Positions 9,546 to 22,249 are shown, counted from the stretch's first letter. The stretch: 64,000 bases of DNA from Octopus sinensis (GCF_006345805.1 NC_042999.1:67828001-67892000); one strand, 5' to 3'. The notes: a model not told the origin generated them from the letters alone. A program made the numbers and translations.

Positions 9546-11174
9546 ACTTCTGTAACTTAGCTTTTTTTTAGATAGAAATGCTGGCCCTATGCAAACCCAT
9601 TTTTACCTCTGGGAAGATATGGTCCATATTATTCTGGCCTCTATCCTTTGGCTTGTCCAGCATGGGAGGCCCAACCAGAAGCTTGCTCCCCATAATAATA
9701 GCTCTCAGGTTCACTGAGACACAAAAACCACCATACTGCAACAAAAACTGAACCTTGTGAAGGTGATATGTGGAATGTAGAATGTGAAATATTTTTTACA
9801 CCTTTCCATAAGGGGCCAGTACCAAACTCTAGTTTCACGATGTGAAGCAGATGAGAGGCAGACAATCAAGGTGGGCCCCATTGCCTTGATGGTGTGGAAT
9901 GGTAAATACATTCTATGTCCTTCCTTTTCCCTGAGAGGGCACTAATAGCCTGTGCTGAATTTAGCTTTGTAGAGTGAAGCAGAAGAGAAGCAAACCATCT
10001 AGGGAACCCCTTCATAATCCGATTGAGGTAGGCTGCATAGTGGGACTGAACTTAAAATCATGATGTTGTGAAACAAACTTCCAAGATAAACACTTTCAAA
10101 ACCATCCTGCCTAAGACTACCTTTGGTTATAAGAATCAAAGTGTCTTGTGTTAAACAAACAACAAATTCATTTGTTGGATATTTAACCAACTGACTAATA
10201 ATAAAGGAGGGGAATTGAACCAGTGCATGTGTTAGTAATAATGGCATGATGACCCTCCCTAGACACAACAAAACTGTGTTAAAGTGTTCACATGTAAATT
10301 AAAATCTTCCATCATATCTTTGCTATGTCGTATTTAAAATACCAATTAATGAAAAACTTAGTTACTTTACGAAATTCTTTTGAATTCTTTATTATTTTTG
10401 AAGTTAATTAAAATGCATAATTAGTGTATTCTATAAGGAGTATAGTAATTAAATGGTTAATAAAATGCTTTGGAAATGGTGTTTATATGCTACAAATTTC
10501 TCTCAAGAAAGCTTCACTGAGTAGCCAAATTCAGCCAGTCAGAAGGGACTAGCTAGATTTGTGAAGGGATAAGATTTCCTTCAAAACAGAATTGATTTAA
10601 AGTTGTAAACAAATTTAAATTTATGTAAAAAAAAAGAACAAACAGAAAATTTTGAAATATTTTCTGTTGTAAAATAAAAGAATTGCTCAGAAAGAAAGAA
10701 ACAAACAATAACAACAAAAAAAAAACATGATTATATTTCTGACATATTTTTTTCTACTTCTTTATCAGATATACAAAAATTGAGTTGTTTATGTTGAAAA
10801 CAAGACTTCCCAAGTCTGGTGCATGACATATTCCAGCACGAACTGACAATCTTTTATCGCTGTCCAAAATTACTGCAAAGCTTAAGACAAAAGAATCTTT
10901 TATTCAGTGGTGTGATTAGAATATTATCCCATGGTTTTAACTAAACTTAAATGCTCTGGCTTTTAGTAAAACATTGGCCAGCATAGGAGCAAGCGTAGCT
11001 GTGTGGTTAGGATGCATGTTATGCAAGCATGTGGCTTTGGTTTTGTAACAAGATAAAGGTCTCAGGAACACTTGAGGGGTGTCTGTCTTATCTTGTCACA
11101 TACAATTGTCGAAGGGAGACAATATGGTACTTTCACTTAAGTACCATATTCATTTGAATCTAAATTTTGCTGAA

Positions 11175-11216
<42 letters not shown>

Positions 11217-11387
11217 GGTAAGTAGAGTCAGCAGTTGGAATAACCGTCTAAGGGGTAAGAATATCCATTCTTATTACCAGTATCAATTACCTATGTTAAC
11301 TCTGGGTATGGGTATGCAAGCACACTATGCTCATAGGGTACAGGTTTTAATAGAATAAACGAGAGTTTATCAGGAATCAAATTCAAA

Positions 11388-11662
11388 ATAAGCAGAAAAT
11401 GGAGAAAACTTTTGTTCAACAAATTGACCAACATCGGTTAATTATTTTTTAATACACAGCTTAACATTGCTTACAGCCGTTTCGACTACCAATGTCAATC
11501 GGTGCCTGCAAAGATAATTCCGAAAATAATATTCGTTGTCTTTATAGCACATTTGATCTGGTACATGGAGCTTCATCAGAGTGAATGCAATTAAAAAATA
11601 ATTAACCGATGTTGGTCAGTTTGTTTGTTTGTTGATGAAAAGTTTCTCCATTTTCTGTTTAT
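11388..11662 (-). mobile_element. Foldback element with inverted tails flanking a long-stem-II hammerhead
   Basis: Perfect 29-bp IR at 11425-11453 / 11590-11618, plus outer arms. Minus strand: CAUUCACU CUGAUGA ... GUC GAAA CGGCUG UA AGCAAUG (11587-11465). Confidence 0.65.
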
Positions 11663-11834
11663 TTATATATATAAACAACAAGCTTCTTTTAGTTTCCATC
11701 TACCAAATCCACTCAGAAGGCTTTGGTTGGCCTGAGGCTAGAGTAGAAGACACTTAAGGTGGTACAGTGGGACTGAACCCAGAACCATGTGGTTGGTAAG
11801 CAAGCTTCTTACCACAAATCTCTGGTAGTATATA

Positions 11835-12067
11835 TATTTCTTTACTGCCCGCAAGGGGCTAAACATAGAGGGGACAAACAAGGACAGACAAAGGGATTAA
11901 GTCGATTACATCGACCTCAGTATGAAACTGGTACTTAATTTATCGACCCCAAAAGGCTGAAAGGCAAAGTCGACCTCGGCGGAATTTGAACTCTGAACGT
12001 AACGACAGACAAAATACCGCTAAGCATTTTGCCCAGCGTGCTAATGTTTCTGCCAGCTCGCCGCCTT
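11835..12067 (-). mobile_element. Young Deu/Nin-like SINE with 19-bp TSD
   Basis: TSD aaatctctggtagtatata at 11816-11834 and 12068-12086. Confidence 0.9.
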
Positions 12068-13015
12068 AAATCTCTGGTAGTATATAACTGTATGATTTAC
12101 GTAGACTACTGCAAAATAACATTTTAATTTCATCAGTAATCACTCAAGTCCGTCTCACTATTTGGTAACATTCTTGTTTACCATAGTCCAAATAGACTAT
12201 GACCCACCTGTCTTGAATTCTGGTTTAGGAGACTGTATTCTGAAGAAATCTATCAACCTAATTACTCCTTCACTGAAAAAGAAATCTTCACTTATTGACT
12301 CATTATCACACTATCTTTTATCTGTGTCTTCTAACAATAATGCAAGAAGCAGGAGACATTAGTCTTCAGATGTTGCTCACTACAACCTCCTACTCCACCC
12401 CTTCCACCCTCCCTCAACCGCCCCATGTCTTACTCTTCTCATATCCTGGTTTCTCATCGCCCAAAACCCTGCCTGTGTCTCTCTCTCCTCCCACAACCAT
12501 CCAATAAACATTATTGGCAGTATTTTATTACCAGGACAGCTGTTCTATAGAACTTCCCCACCACCACTTCCACATAATATTCCATATAATATTCAAACAT
12601 AATTCTAAACCTTCAATTACTCAGACTTTTGGAGTAGCAATTATAAACTGCTTTTTTGATCCACAGCACACTGAATGTCGAGCTAAAACTGTTACTGCAC
12701 ACTATCAACGTTTTAAAATTTTATTACACCCAAAAATAAAAAAAAATAGATAAATAACAAGTTTAAAAATGCAAAAAAAAAAACAAAAAAAAATGAATAT
12801 TAAAATTATTTTAAAATTGAGATGCTTGCACAGATTTCACTTTGCTACAAACACAGGTATAACTGAGTGGTTGGAAGCTTGCTTCCTAATCACATGGTCC
12901 CGGGTTCAGTCCCACTGCATGGTGGCACCTTGGGCAAGTGTGTTCTATTATAGTCTCGGGTAAACCAAAGCCTTGTGAATAGATTTGGTAAATGGAAACT
13001 AAAAGTAGCCCATCG

Positions 13016-13047
<32 letters not shown>

Positions 13048-13114
13048 CATGTGTGTGTGTGAATGTGTGTGTGTATGTATATATATATATATCATCATGT
13101 GACCAGTCCATCAG

Positions 13115-13375
13115 ATGTAGTTACACATCGCTGGTCACAATGCGTTCGCATTGTTTTAGCCTTCGAATGACATCACCCCGCTGGCTAAGCGAGCAGGCCA
13201 ACAGAAGAAAGAGTGGGAGAAAGAGTGGTGAAAGAGTACAGCAGGGATCATCACCCTCTGCCGGAGCCTCGTGGAGCTTTTATATGTTTTCGCTCAATAA
13301 ACACTCACAACGCCCGGTCTGGGAATCGAAACCGCGATCCTACGATTGCGAGTCTGCTGCCCTAACCACTGGGCC
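13115..13375 (-). mobile_element. tRNA-Arg-like SINE
   Basis: Head atggcccagtggttagggcagcagactcgcaatcgtaggatcgcggtttcgattccc. CpG-rich, so probably young. Confidence 0.8.
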
Positions 13376-13504
13376 ATATATATATGAAGAGCGTAGGCTC
13401 AAACCATAAAAGACTTTCTCACTCCCTGAGCATTAAACTAATACACCTGTTTGTTGTTTACACACCTGTCTTTGTCTTTAGTTTTTTTGTAAATTCTCAC
13501 TATA

Positions 13505-13675
13505 TAGGTGCAGGAGTGGCTGTGTGTTAAGTAGCTTGCTTACCAACCATATGGTTCCGGATTCAGTCCCACTGTGTGGTACCTTGGGCAAGTGTCTTCT
13601 ACTATAGCTTCGGGCCAACCAAAGCCTTGTGAGTGGATTTGGTAGATGGAAACTGAAAGCAGCCCATCGTATATA

Positions 13676-13708
<33 letters not shown>

Positions 13709-13915
13709 TTGTATGTCTGTGTTTGTCCCCCCACCCCCACCATTGCTTGACAACCGATGGTGGTGTGTTTACATCCCCATAACTTAGTGGTTCAGCAAAA
13801 GAGACCAATAGAATAAGTACTAGGCTTACACAGAATAAGTCCTGGGGGCGATTTGTTCGACTAAAGGCGATGCTCCAGCATGGCCACAGTCAAAAAACTA
13901 GAACAAATAAAAGGA
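13505..13915 (+). mobile_element. Near full-length bipartite CORE-type SINE
   Basis: tRNA-like head, then CORE-like ggtaccttgggcaagtgtctt, then (TG)n, then a 3' module ending aaataaaagga. Confidence 0.85.
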
Positions 13916-14459
13916 TAAGAGAATATATATGCATATATGTGTCAGTGTCTGTGTCCGTGTTGGTTTGTTTGCATCCCCATAGCTTAGTGGTTGAGCAAAA
14001 GAGACCAATAGAATAAGTGTCAGGCTTAAAAATGAAGTCCTGGGATCAATTTATTTGACTAAAAATTCAAGGTGGTGCTCCAGCATGGCCACAGTTATGA
14101 CTGAAACAAGTAACAGAAGAATGCACACCAATGCACTACATTAAACACACTCTAGTTTTCTAAAGATTATGGTATTTTCTTAGATTCCTCCAAAAACTTG
14201 AAATACTTTTGTAGACTGAAACATGGTACATTAGCATGTAGTGATACAGGGTCTGAAAATGTCTATATGTTCCCACATTAATTGGAAGTGATGTTAAGAA
14301 CTTCCCATAGCCTGGAGAAAATGTTCAACTCACTTATTAGACTTAGCGACAAGAACAAAAATATGTATTTTTAAAAAGAATGATGAAAAACATGACATAA
14401 ATGAATATGAGTGGATTCTGGTAAAATGGGTTGGGGTAAGGATGAGATTTTATGTGTGG

Positions 14460-14730
14460 TGTGAGAGGGGGGAGGGAGAGAGGGAGAAGAGAGAGAGACT
14501 GACAAATAGGGACAGAAAAGAGAGAAGAGGCACAGAGAGAGAGAGCCAGACAGAGACAGAAGAGAGGGAGAGAGAAGAGAGAGAGGAGAGAGAGAGAAGA
14601 GGGAGAGAGGGAGAAGAGGAGGAGAGAAGAGAGGGAAGAGGGAGAGAGAGAAGGGGAGAGAGAGAAGGGGAGAGAGAGAAGGGGAGAGAGAGAAAGGGGA
14701 GAGAGAAGAGGAAGAGAGAAAAGGAGAGAG
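14460..14730. repeat. Polypurine (GA-rich) low-complexity tract
   Basis: Almost pure A/G with gagagagaagggg sub-repeats. Confidence 0.9.
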
Positions 14731-15455
14731 TGTTCACATCTCAGCAGAAGTAGCAATGAAATATTTTTCTGAGCCAAATTATTTAAAAAAATCAGAGAAA
14801 AATTTCCAAAACTGGAAACAGAATGAAGGATAAAGTGTAAAAGTCTGGCAAAGACAAAATTCTTAGTTTTTCAAGAAAGAATACAGAACTTTACTTCCAT
14901 ATGGGAAATGACTTTGGTCGATAATCAGAAAAGGTGTCAGTGGAATTTTATACTTTATACTCAAAGTAAACTAAGGGTCTGTCTTGTATCGGTCTTGCCA
15001 GCTACATCTGCTCCCATAAGAGACAATGGAGGTAGAGAATTGATGTCTTGGATTGATGCTGTCACCACCTTCAATGAGCAATCATAAGCAAGTAAGCAAG
15101 CAAGCAAACTATGGTTGCACAAGAAACAAAGAGGATAAGAAGCAGGAAACCCCTACAAGGTCCAGTCCTTGCTGCACTTTGATGGCTGATGTGCTTCAAT
15201 GACTCTGAGAGCTATGTCAGTAGGGTGAAGTTCTAGGTAGGGTTCCTCATGCTGGACAGGTCAAAGGATTAATATGGATCATCTAATAAGAATTTGCATA
15301 GAGCTAATACTCTTGCATAAAAAAACCCCCAAAAGACGCAATTTTACGGGAGCATTAATGATAATTCAAACCCAAACAAGACTTGAGAATGGAAGGCCTG
15401 TAAATTTGCGTCTGAAAAATTTGCCTTGAATACTAGAAAATATCATTTTTATATA

Positions 15456-16007
15456 CGGTGAGTCAAAAAGTAATGCCATTTTGTTTAGGACAGGTATAAT
15501 TACCAACACAGGAACATGTGTTATACATCAAGATGAAGCTGGTCCTCTGTGGATCACATCCCTACTTCTCAACATAGTCACCATTTCTCTTAATAGCAAT
15601 GTTCCACCTTCGAATGAGAGCATGTATCCCTGCCCTGTAAAATTCTGTTGACTGTTCTTTGAGCCACTTCTTCACTACAGTTTTCACTTCCTCATCACTG
15701 GAATAATGTTTGTCTCTCAAACCCTCTTTCGTGGCACCAAAGAGATGATAGTCTGAAGGCACTAAATCTAGTGAGTGTGGAGGTAGTGAAGAAGTTTCTC
15801 AAAGAGTATCAACAGAATTTTACGGGGCAGGGATACATGCTCTCATTCGAAGGTGGAACATTGCTATTGAGAGAAACGGTGACTGTGTTGAGAAGTAGGA
15901 ATGTGATCCATAGAGGACCAGCTTCATTTTGATGTATGATACATGTTCCTGTGTTGGTAATTATACCTGTCCTGAACAAAATGGCATTACTTTTTGACTC
16001 ACCCTCG
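15456..16007. mobile_element. Fold-back non-autonomous mariner made of two 3' ends; TA-flanked
   Basis: Arms 15456-15678 and 15783-16007. Minus strand encodes PPHSLDLVPSDYHLF...GDYVEK*, the mariner catalytic-domain C-terminus. Confidence 0.9.
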
Positions 16008-16399
16008 TATTTATAGTGAGTCAGCTTTCTTGTGATTTGGGATGTAAAACATAATGTTGAGAAGAATTATACATCATCATCATCATCATCATCGTCATTG
16101 TCATTCAACATCTGTTTTCTGTGCTGGCATGGGTTGCACTGCACAGTTTGACAAGAGTTGACCAGCTGAGAGGCTGTTCAGGCTCCTTGTTAGTTTTGGC
16201 ATGATTTCTACAGCTGGATGCCCTTCTTAGTGCACAAGAAACAAAGAAAAAAAGAGGCAGGTAACCCCTACAAGGTCCAGTTCTACAGCTGAATGCCCTT
16301 ACTAATATCAACTCTTCCTAATGCCTGGTCTTGGATAAAAAGAGAAAAAAGAAATTTAATGAATATAAAGTGTCGTAAGTTTCCTTAGGGAAACTTATG

Positions 16400-17215
16400 A
16401 CATTTCAAGCTCTGACTAGGAACCTACAAAGGTGGTGGAAAACAGGATACTTTAAAGATAATTCAAAGTAGAATACTGAGGCAGAGGAGGAAAAAGCAAG
16501 GATTCAACTGGAGAGAAGCAGAAAAAACAGCTTAGAGTTGAGAACAATAGAGAAAAGTTCTCCATGAGTGTTGCTCTAAAGGGCGTGAAGGGCTTAAGAA
16601 AGAGATCGGCTGGTACACAGTAGTAGTTAGATGTAGGATCACCCATGAAATAAATTTCGTCAAATGCCCAAAAAGTTTTCTAAAAGAGATGGCAGTTACT
16701 GGTATCTAGGAAACCTAATTATCAGCGGATGTGGATGTTATGAAAGCATGGGTGCCAGAGTGAGAATGGAGCAGAAAAAGTCCAAGAAAATTTAATCACT
16801 ATTGGTAACAAAAGGATTTTGTCTCAGGATAAAAGGTAGACAGTATGGAGCTTGTGTATGCAATATAATATTGTATTGTAAGAATGATGTGTGAAGGCTG
16901 GAAAGAAATGAGAAGAGTATTCTCCATTGGATGTTTAAATTTTGTATGAATAAATGATGGCATGCAAAGAAACTAAAGGAAAACTGAGAACAAGTTAAAC
17001 GAGACGTTGTATAGAAGAGAGAGAATGGCACTGGCATAAAACCCAAAGACGGTAACAGGCTGGTAAATATGTACTAAGTGATTCTTACAGAAGGAGAAAT
17101 CAACCAAGGCACAAGAAGAAAGTGGTGAAAGCTGATGCAGAGGAACTGAATGAAATGACGGAGGATTACAAGAATTATTGAAACACTGTGTTGGAGAAGA
17201 CCCATCCAATCCGTA
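16400..17215 (+). mobile_element. Decayed RTE-clade LINE, RT C-terminal region
   Basis: WYLGNLIISGCGCYESMGARVRM..K*SLLVTKGFCLRIKGRQYGACVCNIILY resembles RTE ORF2 (YLG...KGRLYxACV). Many stops and frameshifts. Confidence 0.75.
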
Positions 17216-17239
17216 GAAACATAAGAAAGCAGACATAAA

Positions 17240-17358
17240 CTTTTGTAGTGGTTCTTCAGTTTTACTAAGTCCTGTAAAAGAACTCGAAAGGTTGAATCTC
17301 CAACCAGGCCTTTCGCGATACCCTTAAAGCCAGGAACTTTTCAGCACCCCCTCGTGTA
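17240..17358 (-). mobile_element. Mariner-like terminal fragment
   Basis: Minus strand TA|CACGAGGGGGTGCTGAAAAGTTCCTGGC resembles mariner TIRs. No partner end seen. Confidence 0.5.
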
Positions 17359-17364
17359 TGTTTG

Positions 17365-17407
<43 letters not shown>

Positions 17408-17567
17408 GTATATATATATGACAGGCTTCCACACAGTTTCCATTTACCAAATTCACTTGCAAGGCATTGGTTGATTCAGACTCAAAGCTTTAGGTTACTT
17501 AATGTGGCGCAGTGAGACTGATCCCAATATGACATGGTTGCAAATTGAGCTCCTTAACACTAAGCTG

Positions 17568-17665
<98 letters not shown>

Positions 17666-19564
17666 TAAAGTCTGCTCTGCTAGATCAGAGCTGATCTGGG
17701 CCCTAAGCAATAACAATAGCAATACAATACAAAACTCCCTACACTAAGTTAAAACCATACTTCCTTCCTGTTTATTTGTTCTTAAAACAAATTTATTGAT
17801 TTCTTAACATCAATATTTAATCTATCAATCTACTGAAATATTATTATTAATCAATTCTGCCTTCTGTTGAAATTTGTAGAAATTTAATTATTGATGGTTA
17901 AAAACTTTTTTTTTTTTTTTTCCCCCTATTTTAAATTGATCTTTACATTATTTAGTTGCAACTTTCGATTGATTAATTTTGCATGCTTAATTAACAAAAC
18001 ATTTATTTAGTACATAAGACTTCTTGTTATTGTTCTTATTTCGCCCTCAGCCAGCCTGAATTCAGCAGGTCTATGAATAAAAGATACTTCCAGCAATGAG
18101 CATCCGGCTGTTTTCTCAGCATCATCATCATTTAACGTCTGCTTTCCATGCTAGCATGGGTTGGACGATTTTGACTGAGGGCTGGCAAACCAGATGGCTG
18201 CACCAGGCTCCAATCTTGATTTAGCAGAGTTTCTACAGCTGGATGCCCTTCCTAACACCAACCATTCTGAGAGTGTAGTGGGTATTCATTTTCCATACTG
18301 GCATGGATTAGACAGCTTGGCAGGAACTTTCAAGGCCAGGGGTTGCATCAGGTTCCATTGTCTGTTTTTGGCTTGGTTTCTAGAGATGGATGCCCTTCCT
18401 GATGCCGACCACTTCACAGAGTGTACAGGGTGCTTTTTATGCAGCACCAGCACCCATATTCTTTTATTCTTTTACTTGTTTCAGTCACATCATCTTTTCT
18501 TTCTTTTCCATCTGAGGTAGCCATGGCCCTTTTCTAATGCAAGACACCTTTCTGTCCCTTAATACTATTCTCCCAGCTGAGGGGTCTTGTCCTGCAAGAT
18601 ACTAGGTAACCTCAATGCTGCTAGGGCCACATAAAAAGCACTCTGTTGGCATTGGGAAGGGCATCCAGTCATAGAAACCATGCCAAAATGAACAGCAGAT
18701 CTTCGTGTAGTCTTCTGATTTGCCTGTTCCTGTCAAACCATCCATCCCATGCCAACATGGAAAAATAAAGATTAAGTGATGATGACAATGAAGCCAGGAA
18801 ATCTGAGGAGAAGTTTAATCTCTTACACTGACACCTATATTTGTCTGGTGCTCTGATACTTTATTTTATCAGAAAATAATAAAGAAAAAAAAAAAGAAAA
18901 AAAAAGAGAAGAGCAAAGTTGACCTTGGTAGGATTTGAACTCATAATGTAAAGAGTCAGAAGAAACAATGCAAGGCATTGTTACCAATGCTCTAACAATT
19001 CTCTCAATCTACTGTTCAGTTTGCTTTGCTAAATAATAAACCCCTGAGTGTAAAGTAAATAAAGAAAGAACCCTTTGAGAATAGACTGAATCAGGTTGAT
19101 TAATGCTTGTCCATGCTTAAAGAATATAATGGAAACCTAACGGTAATATTTGAACTAATTAACTTGCAATTAGCAATGCATATTCAAGAAAATTAAATAA
19201 ATATATAAATAGATAAACGAATGCAGCTTGAAGTGTTATTTGAGACATTATAAGCTCCAATTCGGAAAAGAGATGCAAGTCTTGTTACAGTTTGGTTCTT
19301 ATAATGTTTAATATATAATTTACATTAAAAATGTTAGCAATTAATTCATAAATCACAATTTGGCTTTTTTCTTCTTTAGCTGCTTTAATTTAGATTTCCG
19401 ATTGATAGTAATTAAAACTATCAAAAAATCTTTAAAAAAAAAAAGTAGATTGTGAGATCATGAGAAACTAAATCTCTAGCAATGACAGAGACAAGTAAAG
19501 GCAAGGAACTAAGGTAATCATGATAACTTATAAGGGCTGGTTTCCTGGTTTCATAGTGTATATA

Positions 19565-19752
19565 CACCTGACCTGGAATGGGATGGCCATCAGTTGCAGG
19601 GTTACTCAATTTTGCCAGCTGAGTGGACTTGAGCAACATGAAATGAAGTACTTTGCCCAGGAGCACAATGCTTTGCCTGGTCCAGAAATTGAAACCTCAG
19701 TCTTACAAACATGTGTCCAACAACCTAAACCACTAAACCATGCGCCTCCACA
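19565..19752 (-). mobile_element. Decayed tRNA/CORE-type SINE (family of 53169-53290)
   Basis: Minus strand tgtgctcctgggcaaagtacttcatttcatgttgctcaagtccactcagc. Confidence 0.6.
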
Positions 19753-19912
19753 ATAGAGACAGGATTGTGGTGCAAAATTAGAATGTTTTCTGAACTATGA
19801 CAAGACAAACTAAAGATCTTCAGCTGCTGGAACAGGGGTCTCATTTTGCAAACTGGCAGGGATCGGATTAGTCGTGGACAACTATGCTATACATACATAC
19901 ATACACACGCAC

Positions 19913-19949
<37 letters not shown>

Positions 19950-20584
19950 TGCACACACACATACATATACATGCACACACTCATACATGCACACACACAC
20001 ACATATATACACACATATACACATACACACATATATACACATATATACACACACACATACATACACATATACACACACATATTCATACATACACATATAT
20101 ACACAAACACACACATATACACACACACATAGATACAAACAAACATATGCACAGACAAACATATACACATATATACAAGCACACATATATATATGAACAT
20201 ACACACATATACACATACACATACACACACACATACACACACACATGCACTCACACACATGCTGTGTAAATGCACCCATGCCAGTGGCACATAAAAAACA
20301 TCCAGCTACCTCTGTAAAGTGGTTGGCATTAGGAAGGGCATCCAGCCACAAAAACCATGCCACAACACACAGTTGAAATCTAGACAGTTCCCAGCTGGAC
20401 AGCTCCATGTTAAAGCATTCAATCCATGCCATCATGGAAAACGGACATTAAATGAAGATAATGACGATACACCTACCCCAGTCCTCTCTACTACTAGTAC
20501 CTCTTGTCTTGCAAGTTACCCAAGGACCCTGTCAGTCACTGGTGCTATGCATGCAAAAAGCATCAGTGGATCATACAACTAAAT

Positions 20585-20960
20585 ATCGGTTTCTAAGTTT
20601 GGAACAAGGGCAATGATTTCAGGGAAGATGCTTAGACAATTACATCAACCCTAGTTTTTAACTAGTTCTTTTTTTATTGACCCTGGAAGGACGAAAGGCA
20701 AAGTCAACCTTGGCAGAATTGAACTCAAAACATAAGGACTGATGAAATGCCACTAAGCATTTGGCCCAGCATGCTAATGATTCAGCCAGCTCACCATCTT
20801 AAATGAAACAAGTAATAGTCTTTTCTACTCAAGGCACAAGGCTTGAAATTTTGGGGGAGGGTGCCAGTCGATTATATCGACCCCAGTGCATAACTGGTAC
20901 TTATTTAATCAACCCCGAAAGGATGAAAGGCAAAGTTGACCTCGGCGGAATTTGAATGAT
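20585..20960 (-). mobile_element. Two old Deu/Nin-like SINE copies
   Basis: gaaaggcaaagtcaacc...gaatt(t)gaa body twice. The first copy is CpG-decayed. Confidence 0.75.
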
Positions 20961-21420
20961 ACAAATTTTGTAAATACATCAAAGATTTTCAAAAATGTCT
21001 TTCATCTAAAGATTCTTAGTTTTCCTTCTATAAAAATCAAATAGAAATTGTAGTTGTGATACTCATGCCAGTGGCATGTAAAAAGCACCATCTAAACATG
21101 GCCGATGCCAGCGCCGCCTTGACTGACTTCTGTGCCGGTGGCATGTGAAAAGCACCCACTACACTCATGGAGTGGTTGGCGTTAGGAAGGGCATCCAGCA
21201 GTAGAAACACTGCCAGATCAGACTGGAGCCTGGTGCAGCCTCCTGGCTTCCCAGACCCCGGTTGAACCGTCCAACCCATGCTAGCATGAAAAACAGACGT
21301 TAAACGATGATGATGATGATGATATTGTGTTAGTTAAATCCATTATCTATAGTAATGAATTAAGATTCTTGCTTCATAAAAAATAATGGTTTTTTACCTC
21401 TGTTTGAAAACATCATAACT

Positions 21421-21572
21421 GCTGTTGATAATTCGTCAGTATTCAATGATGCCAAAATGTATCTTTTCAGCAATGAGAGTGCATGTGACTACACAGGCCA
21501 GAACTAGGAGCACATAGGTGCCCACAAGTGTCACACCAATAACCTGTTGTCTGGACTGAGGTGGACACTGCC
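21421..21572 (-). mobile_element. 5'-truncated RTE LINE (C-terminal zinc finger plus 3' UTR) with 21-bp TSD
   Basis: Minus strand YWCDTCGHLCAPSSGLCSHMHSHC* (C-x2-C-x12-H-x3-H). TSD ctgtttgaaaacatcat(a/c)act at 21400-21420 and 21573-21593. Confidence 0.8.
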
Positions 21573-21779
21573 CTGTTTGAAAACATCATCACTACATCTG
21601 ACTAAAACTATTACCACTATCACCACTGTTACCACTACTTTAAAGAAATAGTTACCAGTTTCTTGTATCCTCTCCTTCAATAGAAATTAAATAATTTTCC
21701 ATTTCAAAACTAAGAAAACATACGGAGAGAAAATGGAATAATTTTAAATAATTCTTTAACTTTATTGGCACATGCACAC

Positions 21780-21894
21780 AATATCGGTTGCAGTCCCACT
21801 GTGTGGCACCTTGGGCAAGTGTTTTCTGCAATAGCTTCGGGCTGATCAAAGCCTTGTGAGTGGATTTCGTAACGGAAACTGAAAGAAGCCTGTC

Positions 21895-21926
<32 letters not shown>

Positions 21927-22130
21927 GTGTGTGTGTATGTTTGCCTCCCCCCTAATCATTTGACAACTGGTGTGTTTATGTTCTCACAACTTAGCAGTTC
22001 AGCAAAAGAGACTAAGAGGATAAGTACTAGGCATTCACAGAATAAGTCCTGGGGGCGATTTGGTTGACTAAAGGTGGTGCTCCAGCATGGCTGTAGTGAA
22101 GTGACTAAAACAAGTAAAAGAGTAAAAAAG
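21780..22130 (+). mobile_element. Bipartite CORE-type SINE
   Basis: gcagtcccactgtgtggcaccttgggcaagtg, then (TA/TG)n, then the 3' module. Confidence 0.8.
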
Positions 22131-22213
22131 AGTATGTATGCGTATACATATATATAGATTCAGATGAATATGGTTCTTAAGTTGAGGCACCAGAATTTAG
22201 TACTATATATATA

Positions 22214-22249
22214 TCCGACGAACGGGAATGTGAAACTCAGAGTAACAGG
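22214..22249 (+). ncRNA. Minimal hammerhead-like motif with C4 core, 5' stem I strand missing
   Basis: CCGACGA ACG(GGAA)UGU GAAA CUCAGAG UA ACAGG. GNRA-capped stem II. Confidence 0.6.

Noticed and set aside
11216-11223. Perfect AG|GTAAGT donor
   Set aside because: Preceded directly by (TA)n with no plausible exon.
14334-14417. Minus-strand 84-nt exon candidate with GTGAGT donor
   Set aside because: Very T-rich and the peptide (IHSYSFMSCFSSFFLKIHIFVLVAKSN) looks intronic. No supporting neighbours.
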